Shown piece after piece: positions 1 to 9,420 of a stretch of 64,000 nt of DNA. A model generated the notes under the pieces. That model was not told the origin of the DNA, made no database searches, and saw nothing but the letters and a program-made list of their open reading frames with translations. The first letter of the stretch is position 1. Every line of letters starts with the position of its first letter. Position numbers and translations under genes: made by a program. The DNA comes from Vicugna vicugna. Taxonomy: Eukaryota. The stretch spans positions 1,158,963 through 1,222,962 of the forward strand of contig MU058781.1 in NCBI GenBank assembly GCA_013265495.1, given 5' to 3'.

Positions 1-104
1 TCCAAACGCCATTCCTTCAGACACCCAAGAGCAAAAATAGAATTGAAGAAGGGGAAGAAAATAAAGAGCAAGAAGAAGCGGAGAGAGAAAGAATGAGTAT
101 TTAC

Positions 105-228
105 CTTCGGACAGGCGTTCTTCCAGCCTCCTGGAGTAGCCAATTCGCCCCCTCTGCTGAAGCCAAGGGCAGCAGAATAAAGAGCAGGACATAGACCAAA
201 TGCGTGCTAGGGGAGAGAGAATGGCAAT
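105..228 (-). CDS. Candidate internal coding exon (124 nt, phase 1 to 2) encoding (Y)CHSLSPSTHLVYVLLFILLPLASAEGANWLLQEAGRTPVR; the gene continues left of the window
   Basis: Minus strand has acceptor aatctgcctttctctcctctcag|ATT with an upstream CTAAT branch-point-like motif, and donor CCGAAG|gtaaat. The open frame has a hydrophobic core followed by A-S-A|E, resembling a signal-peptide cleavage site. Product not recognised. Confidence 0.5.
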
Positions 229-372
229 CTGAGAGGAGAGAAAGGCAGATTATTTATTAGGAAGGTGTCATCCCTTTAAAACAGATCAGGAATTTTGCCA
301 AAAAACATGGGAGTGGGGCTTACCCCCAAGATTACGGTACCCTTCATCCAGTTTCCTAGCATCTTCTACAAG

Positions 373-566
373 AGTGGTTCTTAAGGTTATGTGTGTATAA
401 GAATCACCTGGGGAGTTGGCTAAATATTCAAATTTCAAAATATCACCCAGAGATGCTGATCCAATGAGTCTTCTATAAGGCTCAGGAATCTGAATTTTTA
501 ATAAGCCCCCTAGGTCCTGATTCTGATCCAGGTAATCTCATGACTAGTTTTCAAAGTATGTTCTGC
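373..566. mobile_element. MER5-family (hAT-Charlie) DNA transposon remnant
   Basis: Characteristic motifs agaatcacctgggg...ctcaggaatctgaatttttaataagcccc..ggt..gattctgat. Confidence 0.7.
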
Positions 567-616
567 AGTAAAACTGCCCATTTCTGGAAAGGAAGGAAGG
601 AAGTAAGAAAGGGAGG

Positions 617-1830
617 GTGAAATTATAGAAAACATATACCACAGAAAACAGACTCACAGACATAGTAAACAATCTTATGATTACCAGGGAAAGAGGGTGG
701 GAGGGGATAAATTTGGAAATTCGAGATTTACAAATGTTAGCCACTGTATATAAAAATAGATTTTTAAAAAGTTTCTTTTATATAGCACAGGGAACTATGT
801 TTAATATTGTGTAATGACCTTTAATGGAAAAAAATGAAAGTGAATATATGTATGTATATGCATGACTGGGACATTGTGCTGTGCACCAGAGAAAGACACG
901 TTGTAATTGATGGTACTTGAATTAAAAACAAAAACAAACAAAAAGTATACCTTGGTCTCTTCCCTCAGTTCCTAGCACAGAGCTCTTAATATCCTCATAA
1001 TTTCCTAAGTGGTAAGAACGTTAGGAACATCTTTTTCTGATATTTGGTCTTGGACCCTGGTTCCTGACACAGAGCTCCTAAATCCTGTGGAACTTCCTAG
1101 AAGTGTCCTTTGTTCTAATGAGTGTCTTTTGTTCTAATGAGGGAACCCTTGGCAGAGGTCTGGATAGTTTCAGGATGGGTACTGGTCACCAGGAAGACCA
1201 AAGCATGATTAGAAGCTAGGAATTTTCCACCCCACATCTCCATCCATCAGAAAGAGGACAGACACTGTAGACTGAGGTAACGATCAATTCCATCTACGTG
1301 TTGTAGACACCATAAAAATCCCTCAAGCACAAGGTTTGGAGAGCTTCCAGGTTGATGAGCATGTGGAGGTTCTCAGAGAGCGGTGTGGCTAGAGAGAGCG
1401 TAGAGGCTCCCAGCGCCCTCCCACTTAGCTTGCCCTGTGTGTGTCTCTTTATTTGGCTGTTTTGCTATATCCTGTATCATGCCCTTTATAATACACCAGT
1501 AAATGTAAGTGTTTTCCTGACTTCTGTGAGCAATTCTAGCAAATGACTGAACCCAGGACGAGGGGCATGGGAACCAGTCCATCAGAGCAGATGACAACCT
1601 GGGACTTGGATTTGGCATCTGAAGTGGGAACAGTCTTGTGGGACTGAGGCCATAACTTGGATCTGACGCTAACTCCAGGTAGACAGTGTCAGAACTGAAC
1701 TGATTATAGGACACCCAGCTGGTACCACAAGGAATTGCTTGGTGTGTGGAAAACCCAAACATCTGTTGTCAGAAATATTGTGAGCGTTAAGAGTAAAATG
1801 AGCACACGGGAGAAATGTGTTCTTCCCGGA
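617..1830 (+). mobile_element. MER21-family solo LTR, interrupted near its 5' end by an L1 insertion
   Basis: Matches remembered MER21 motifs: ttcctgacacagagctcctaaa, caggatggg..ctggtcacc, ttggcatctgaagtggg..cagtcttgtgggactgag, gtgtcagaactgaa, gacacccagctggt. Confidence 0.85.
641..944 (+). mobile_element. 5'-truncated L1 3' end (artiodactyl/camelid type) with A-rich tail
   Basis: aaacagactcacagacatag...atagcacagggaactat...gactgggacattgtgctgt...aattaaaaacaaaaac; imperfect flanking duplication aaaacatatacc / aaaagtatacc. Confidence 0.9.
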
Positions 1831-1895
1831 TGGGGAGAAAGAGAGATGCAAGGAAAATGTTTCATTCTCTTTTTTCCCAAATCTGAAGTCCTTAA

Positions 1896-1902
1896 ATACA
1901 TA

Positions 1903-1965
<63 letters not shown>
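1896..1965. repeat. (CA)n compound microsatellite
   Basis: Directly visible CA/CATA run. Confidence 0.95.
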
Positions 1966-1969
<4 letters not shown>

Positions 1970-3002
1970 TAGTACCAAAATGTAATAAAAACTCAGGTAA
2001 ATATCAAATGAGCACTTGTATACATTAAAACTCTGTTTTAATAGATTCTTGCAGATCATTTAACTTATAAGGAATGAAAAAGATCAAGTAGTCCACTTCC
2101 ATGAAGTTTTACTTCATTATGCAATGCAAAATTGTATTTTTTAAGTGAGTAAATGCATTTTCCTTGGGGGAAGAAAAAAAGAGAGAGAGAGAGAAGAAAA
2201 GCCACACCATCAAATACTTCTTTTTAACCCTTTTTTCATGAAACAATTTATGGCCAAATACATTTAGCACATTGGGTCTTTGATCTCCAATTTCAAGTAA
2301 CCAGTAGGGTAATAGTTACTTTTGAGGTCACATTGAGGTCTTGACCTCCCTTATGGCTTTTTTCTTCAAGGAAACTTCCATTCTGAACATCAACTTCCAA
2401 ATAACTCACTAGTTGCCCAAGTTTTCATACCTTACATTGGAGCAAATAAACATGAGCCTGAGTGAGTGCTGGGAGCATTCACTGAAATACTGTTTTCCTA
2501 CTTGGTTTCTTATTAGCATGTGGGTAATTCACAGGTGGTTAAACTCTTGGGCAGCAAGGGTAACCCCTACGTTTCCACAACATTAAAATGGTCAGTGCAT
2601 ATGTGATGTGTACAAAAGTCAATTAGTTATTTGACATTGTGTTGTAATATCTTCATTTCTTAAAAAGTTGTCTTCATCCTCTTTTAGAAATAGCGTATCA
2701 TTGATTTATTCTGAGGCAGAAACTAACTTTCCATTCACAGCCTACAATAGTATATTTAAAGATGAAATTATAAATGGGAACCTGGGGAAAAAACTCTTTC
2801 AAAAATGTTTTATACACTCAAGTGCTATTTTTTTTTTTTAAGAAAGCGAGGGTGAGAATTGGCACATGTAAATGTTGCTGCCTGACTTCCCCATGACCGA
2901 TCATAGCCGGTGGAGGGTTCATAAAGGAGTAGGGCTAACTGTCAAAGCACATTAGCAGCTGCAAAGGAGGAGACGAAAGAGCAATGCGCCATTCTCACTT
3001 AC

Positions 3003-3111
3003 AGTTGCTCACTGTGGGGACTCGGGTCCTGCTCGTTCCCACCTGAGCCGTGGAGAGGACATGCCATCTCTGAATACTGCATGTATCTCCCAATCCTGAG
3101 TTTATGTTCAT
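3003..3111 (-). CDS. Candidate first coding segment MNINSGLGDTCSIQRWHVLSTAQVGTSRTRVPTVSN within exon 3003-3213 (3112-3213 would be 5'UTR)
   Basis: Acceptor tatttactcttag|AAT at 3213 and donor CAACT|gtaagt at 3003. ATG at 3111 is in gccAacATG context with an in-frame TAA upstream. 109 nt gives phase 1, which joins in frame to exon 105-228. Confidence 0.4.
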
Positions 3112-3339
3112 GTTGGCATCCAGGGTGGTTTTTAAATGTTCTTCTCCAACAAAAATGAGACAAGTAGATGTCAAATTCAAAATGCCTTGAGGTTGTTAAT
3201 TGGCTACACGATTCTAAGAGTAAATACATCTCAATCAAATGCATAGAGTGAAAAAAAGTAGTTCTCGGACTCAGAAGATGTGATTGAGGGTGGTTGCTGA
3301 TATTGAACAGTGTGATATTGAGGGAATAAAATGGCAAGT

Positions 3340-4230
3340 AAAAAAATAGAAGGCCCTCACCATCACAGAGCTTACAGTCTAGTGGGGGAGGCATATATTA
3401 ATAAAAGTGTGTTCCTATTAATTGTACAGGGTGAACTGAGAATAGCGTATGAGAATATAGTGCAGATTAGACTAATCTGGAGGGTCAGGGAAGACTTAGT
3501 TAAGGAAATAATATTTGAATTGGGTTCTGAAGGGTGAGTAGGAGTCAACCAGACAAAGGGTTAACCGAGAAAGGGTCCGGGAAGAGAAGCAATGGGAACT
3601 TCACTGTTGGGGGCAAAGTACCTGTGAAGGCCAAGGCCAACAAGAGAGTGATGCTCCCAAGAGCAAGTTCACATGGCTGGGGTCCACCAAGCTGTGAGAA
3701 AGCGACAGAGAATTAGGTCAAGGCAAGGTTGGAAGTGAACGAAAAGACTTGCTTGCTGCGTTGGAGATTTCAGTCTTCATTTTAGAAGAATTTGAGAGCG
3801 ACCGGAAGGTTATGTGTTAGTGTGTGTGCTGGAGGGAATGTGTGTGTGTGTGTGTGTGTACACAGTGCACTTGGAAGCTTTGGAGGAAAGGTAGTACACA
3901 AACATACTTGAAGCGCTTCAACTCAGCCACACTGTCTGGAACACAGGGAAGAAGTTGAAATGGGGGATCAGACTATGTCGGTGGGAAGCTAATGCCCTGA
4001 ACCAGGTAAAGATGATGAAAAACTGGCCTGAGACCATCGGGAGGTAGGAGTGAGACTCTAGCTCAGAACCGGACGGACAGTCCACAGGGACAGTGGACAA
4101 GGGCCAGGTTTTGGAGGGAGAAGGTTATGGTTGTGGTTTTGAACCTGTTGAGCTCAAGCTGCCTTTGAGACAGCCAAGTGAAGGGAAGAATAGAAAGCTG
4201 GCTAAGACAGATAAAGGGTGCTCAGGACGG
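3340..4230 (-). mobile_element. L2 LINE fragments
   Basis: cagagcttacagtctagtggggg, agggtcagggaagactt, gtgagtaggagt, ttttgaacctgttgag..ctgcctttgagaca are typical antisense L2 motifs. Confidence 0.7.
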
Positions 4231-4641
4231 ACCCAGGCTAAACTCATTTGATCTGCGAGGTGAGTTCAAGGCTTAAGTTATTTGAGTTGTGAAGTGAGTT
4301 CTAAAGAATGTGTATGATTTTAATATGTGGAGACTGAAGGACATTCCAGAAAAAAATTCGTAATCATACTAAAGCAGGAACACATTGTGTCTCCTCTTTC
4401 ATTAGCCACTAATGTAAAGTATTTTCTTTTATAACATAATTTAATCAAGATTAAAAAAAAAACTAAGCCCTAAAAGACATTAATCCAGTATTCTCTTTCC
4501 TTAGTTTAATGGAATGTTAAGTTTAGAATCCCTAAATAAATGAAGTAACTGCCTTATAAAGGGTGAGTTCCTCCATCCTATGAAATTTACAACCTTTTTC
4601 TTATAATCACAGTTCATTCAAAAATTTCCAGAATTTCCTTC

Positions 4642-5562
4642 AAAACTATGGGGTTTTTTTTAACATTTTTTATTGATTTATAATCATTTTACAATGTTGT
4701 GTCAAATTCCAGTGTTCAGCACAATTTTTCAGTCATTCATGGACATATACACACTCATTGTCACATTTTTTTCTCTGTGAGTTATCATAACATTTTGTGT
4801 ATATTTCCCTGTGCTATACAGTGTAATCTTGTTCATCTATTCTACAATTTTTAAATCCCAGTCTATCCCTTCCCACCCTCCACCCCCCTGGTAACCACAA
4901 GTCTGTATTCTCTGTCTGTGAGTCTATTTCTGTCCTGTATTTATGCTTTGTTTTTGTTTGTTTGTTTGTTTGTTTGTTTGTTTTTGTTTTTGTTTTTTAG
5001 ATTCCACATATGAGCGATCTCATATGGTATTTTTCTTTCTCTTTCTGGCTTACTTCACNNNNNNNNNNNNNNNNNNNNNNNNNNNNNNNNNNNNNNNNNN
5101 NNAGCAAGAATAAACAAATGGGACCTAATGAAACTTACAAGCTTCTGCAGAGCAAAGGAAACCAGAAGCAAAACAAGAAGAAAACCTACGGAATGGTAGA
5201 AATATTTTGCTAGTGAAACCGACAAAGGCTTGATCTCCAAAATATATAAGCAGCTCATATGACTCAATAAGAAAAAAATAAACAACCCAATCCAAAAATA
5301 GGCAGAAGACCTAAACAAGCAATTCTCCAAGGAAGACATGCAAATGATCAAAAAGCACATGAAAAAATGCTCAATATCACTAATTATCAGAGAAATGCAA
5401 ATCAAAACTACAATGAGGTATCACCTCACACCAGTCAGAATGGCCGTCATTCAAAAATCCACAAATGACAAATGCTGGAGAGGCTGTGGAGAAAGGGGAA
5501 CCCTCCTACACCGCTGGTGGGAATGCAGTTTGGTGCAGCCACTGTGGAAAACTATGGTTTTT
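4642..5562 (-). mobile_element. Relatively young L1 with 5' inversion: antisense 3'UTR (4654-5058), gap, then sense ORF2 C-terminal fragment (5103-5550)
   Basis: T-rich tail and 3'UTR on minus. The plus-strand piece translates to [49 protein letters not shown] (L1 ORF2p C-terminus, with in-frame stops upstream). Flanking repeat aaaactatgg at 4642 and 5548. Confidence 0.9.
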
Positions 5563-7128
5563 GAGGCAAAAAAAATGCCTTTTAAGCTTCTCAACTATTT
5601 CTATAATTTGTTATAATGTTTGGTAAATTTTTGCCTTTGATCTTTTATGTTCTTCACTCAGATTCGATGCACAGAACAGCAGTATGGTCAGCTATCATCC
5701 ACAATTAATTAAGAACACACATACACAAAATTTGCAAATGAGCTAATTCTTTATTAAATGAATTTACATTCAAGATTATCCTTTTAATTAAGGTTGGTCC
5801 CTTTAGTACATGTGAGTATGCTTTCCTGAGAGAGAGAGAAATGTGTGGAGAGACAGCAAGCTTGCAGAGACTTGCAGGGAGGGCGACCTGTGAGCTTATC
5901 TGCATCATAGACCACAGGTGTCAGATACAGGACCGTCATCATCTCTCATAAGCGTTGTGGTGGGAAAAGTTGAGAACTGCTCTAAAGTTTTGAACTCCTG
6001 GGTAGAATGTATGAACCATAATACACACGCTTCTCTTTCTATGCAGGTCAAAAGAAAAAATATTTTAAACATTTAATTTCATAAGTCATTGCAAAGAGTA
6101 GACTGATCTATTATCTCTCAGATACAGAAGAAGAATAAACTTTGAAGGCAGCATATTCTCATTTTTTTTAACTGAGGAAAAACTAAAAAGTACTGGCAGA
6201 TTTACCTTCTGCAAACTCCTTAAAGAACAATTCAAATATTTAATTTAATTGCTTAATTTGATGTGACGTGAAAGAGAATGCCATCAACACAGATTGATTA
6301 AACTGAGCACACTGTGAAATTTACCCAAGAAACCAGCTATTGGTTTCAGTTTTTTGTGTGGCAAGACCTAAAACACTGACTAGTCCTTTAACACATTTAT
6401 CAGTGTGAGAGTCTCAAAAAGAAAAAATATTGCAGTGGGTTATGAGAAAGATTTATTTTTCAACTTGTTAAAAAGGTGTCCTTGGGATTTCCAGAGGGCT
6501 TCCTCGTTGACATAAGTTTATGTTCCAAGCATAAACTCTTGAAAGGATATGAAATATATTGGGATGCAAAGATAGTGGATTATAATAACTTTTTCTTTTA
6601 TTTCTTTCTTTCAATGTGTATATCATTTTAAAATTATTAGCATTATAAACTTGCCACTTAATAAATTTTCTCAGGTTTCAAAACATGAAAGTTTGCCAAT
6701 GCATTGGAACAGCTTCCGTGCAATCATCAATTTTTCTTTAATGTTTGTAGGGAAATTTTTAAATGTTGAATTTATTCCAGAGATCAATATACTCATGTCA
6801 AACACAAGTGTGGGAAGTGGGGCTCTCCTGGAATCATGAGGGAATGGGGAAGAATATATGTGGTCTGAGTAAAATAATATAGAAAATTAAGAGTTTGGAG
6901 TTTGTGTCCTGGCGGCACTTAAACATGGGATGGTTTGAGTGTAATGGCTTGCCCACAGGGTATAGAATTGACCTCTGTAGCAGAGAAAGCTGGCTGTCTA
7001 CTTCTTATGTCCATTTTATAGATTTATTATTGGGAAGTAATTGCCCAAACAGGTACTATGTTTCATGGCTTCCGTAGGTGGGTGCAAGTTATGAGATTTA
7101 AATAACCCAACATGAGTAAAACTGAGTC

Positions 7129-7520
7129 TGTAGGCAGACTAATGGCCCCACAAAGATATCTACGTCCTAATTTCTAGGACTTGGGGACATTCAGGTTGCA
7201 TGGCAAAGGGCAAATTAAGGTCACAAGTGGAATTAAGGTCACTGATCAGCTGACCTTAAGGAGCATTTCCTGGAATAACCAGGTGGGGCCAATGTAATCA
7301 CAAGCATTCTTAAATGGGGAAGGAGGCTGCAGAGTCAAAGCAGAGAGAAGGTTTCTTGGGAAAAACTTGGCTAATTGTTGCTGGCTTTGAGAATGGACTG
7401 GAACCGTGGAGTGCAGGAAGTGTTTAGAAGCTGGAAAAGGGAAGAAAACTGATTTTACTCTATAGCTTTCAGAAAGGAACACAGCCCCATGGGGGTTGTG
7501 AGGACTTCTGACTTACAGTA
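7129..7520 (+). mobile_element. MaLR LTR (MLT1D-like)
   Basis: tgtaggcagactaatggcccc..aaagat, gaattaaggt..ctgatcagctgacctt, caatgtaatcacaag, gaagctggaaaagg..aaactgattt, cagaaaggaacacagcc. Confidence 0.85.
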
Positions 7521-7524
7521 TAAT

Positions 7525-8050
7525 CATCAATTTAAAAATTTTTTGAACACCCTCCATGTTCAGGTTCTACTTTAGATCCAAGGGACCCAGAGATTTAAAA
7601 ATAAACAATCCCTGCTACTGAGGGACAAAAATTTATTGGGAGAGAAGGAGACATATGAATGAACAAAACAATTACATTATAGGAGCAGGAGGTAAGACCA
7701 GGAAAGTGATCAGAGGTGACTTTACAGTGACGTAAATTTTGAGTATAAATTTGAAAAAACAACAAGAATTTGTCAAATATACAATTCGAGGGAGGACATT
7801 CTAGAGAGAGGGCACAAGATGCCCAAGGACAGTGGACCTAAAGGACCTTGGAAGTTCATGGAGCTGTAGGTAGTTATGGATGACTGGAATTCAGGACAAA
7901 ACTAAAGAGCATTCTACTAGATTTGCAAGTCAGCAGCAAAAACATACACTTAATAAACGGTGGAAAGTCATTAAGCAGTTTGCATTGAGAAGTGGCAAGA
8001 TTTTATTTAGGTTTTAGAAAGATGACCCCAGTAGCAACAGGGAGAATGGA
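7525..8050 (-). mobile_element. Old L2 fragment
   Basis: Degenerate antisense L2 motifs (aatccctgctactgagg, ggacattctagagagaggg, ttttagaaagatgaccc). Confidence 0.5.
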
Positions 8051-8959
8051 ATCTATCTCTGTAATGGAAACTGATAGCATGTTTTTAAAGAAGCACCGAA
8101 TTAATTAAAATGTCAATTCTTTCTAATGATCTATGGTTTTAATGAAATTAAATTCAAATGCCAATAAGGTGGTTGCTGTTTTGTTTTGGTGGAGAAAACG
8201 TGAAAATGACTCTCAAATTCTTCTTAAATTGTTAAGCTAATTGCTTTACATTAAATATCTCATTTGATCCAACAACCCTAAGAAGCAATTATCGTAATTA
8301 TGCCCACTTGTCAGCTAAGACTTCTGAAGATGGGCAAGTTAAAAAACTTATTCAAAATAACTTTGACCCCATAGCTTATTATCTTAAAAATATTACTTAT
8401 GACTTTTTTTGTGGCAATATTTGTAACATCAGAAACTTTTAAATAATCTAACTGTAAAGCTATAGAATAGACATATATATGATGACATTCATATAAGTGA
8501 CATAACCATGAAAATACACTTTGAAGCATATTAATGACATAGAAACATGCTTATAATACAATGCTGATTGGAGGAGAAGAGCAGGAAAAAATTATAGACA
8601 TATTATCTAATTACAAGGAAGAGAAAGAAGGAGGGGAAAAAAAGAATGAAGGTGAAACAGGATGAGAAAAAGATACAGAGTAGGGGTTGGGGGCATGCAG
8701 AGTGGGGAACAAAGAAAATTTCTAAAATGTATCTGGAGTGTTTATTTTAGAGCAGTGCAGTCACAGGCCATTCTTATTTTTTTCTTTCTACTCATTTGGT
8801 TTTTACATATTCTATAAAGTGTGTACTTTTTCTATTACCAGAAAAAAAGGAATGCATTTTTTTTCCAAGTAATTGATCCCCATGAGTTCAATGGAATTAT
8901 GCTAGCTGAACTCAGGTTGCAATATGCTGAAGGAAAAAACTAATATTTGCATGTTACCT

Positions 8960-9075
8960 ATCCTATAAGGTAGGTACTTTTATTTCTTTTCTTTTACAGA
9001 TAATGAATCTGAGTTTCAGAGGTGTGAAATGACCTGGCCAGGGTCAATGCAGTAAGTGAATGGAACAACCAGTAT
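8960..9075 (-). mobile_element. MIR SINE fragment
   Basis: ttttacagataatgaatctgag..cagaggtgtgaaatgacctggccagggtca core. Confidence 0.65.
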
Positions 9076-9111
9076 TGTCTTGAGAACATAATAATCTTAA
9101 AATAATTTTCT

Positions 9112-9420
9112 GTTTTATTGAGGTGAAATTTATATAACATAAAATTAACCATTTTAAAGTGAACAATTCAGTGGTGTTTAGTACATTCACAACATTGTGC
9201 AACCACCACCACTATGTCGTTCTAAAACATTTTCATCACCCCAAAAAGAAACCCCACATCCAGTAGGAAACTGCTCTTATTTTTTCCATGCCCCCAGCCC
9301 CTGCCAACCACCAATCCACTTTCTGTCTCTGAGGACTCGCCTACTGTGAATATTTCATATAAATGGAGTCATACAATATATGACCTTTTATGTCTGACTT
9401 ATTTTCTTTATCACTTCAAC
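9112..9420 (-). mobile_element. L1MB-type 3' end fragment
   Basis: ttttattgaggtgaaatt..aaccattttaaagtgaacaattcagtgg..tagtacattcaca..ttgtgcaacca..catataaatggagtcatacaata. Confidence 0.85.

Noticed and set aside
1669..2028. ORFs rich in CV/HT repeats (also at 19485-19884 and 24323-24687)
   Set aside because: They are translations of (CA)n/(TA)n microsatellites.
2999..3394. 131-aa minus ORF overlapping the candidate exon (..MQYSEMACPLHG..)
   Set aside because: In this frame, splicing to exon 105-228 reaches TAG within a few codons, and the 5' part lies in L2-derived sequence; at most a short overlapping ORF.
5338..5616. 92-aa ORF with clear protein homology
   Set aside because: It is an L1 ORF2p C-terminal fragment with upstream stops, not a host gene.
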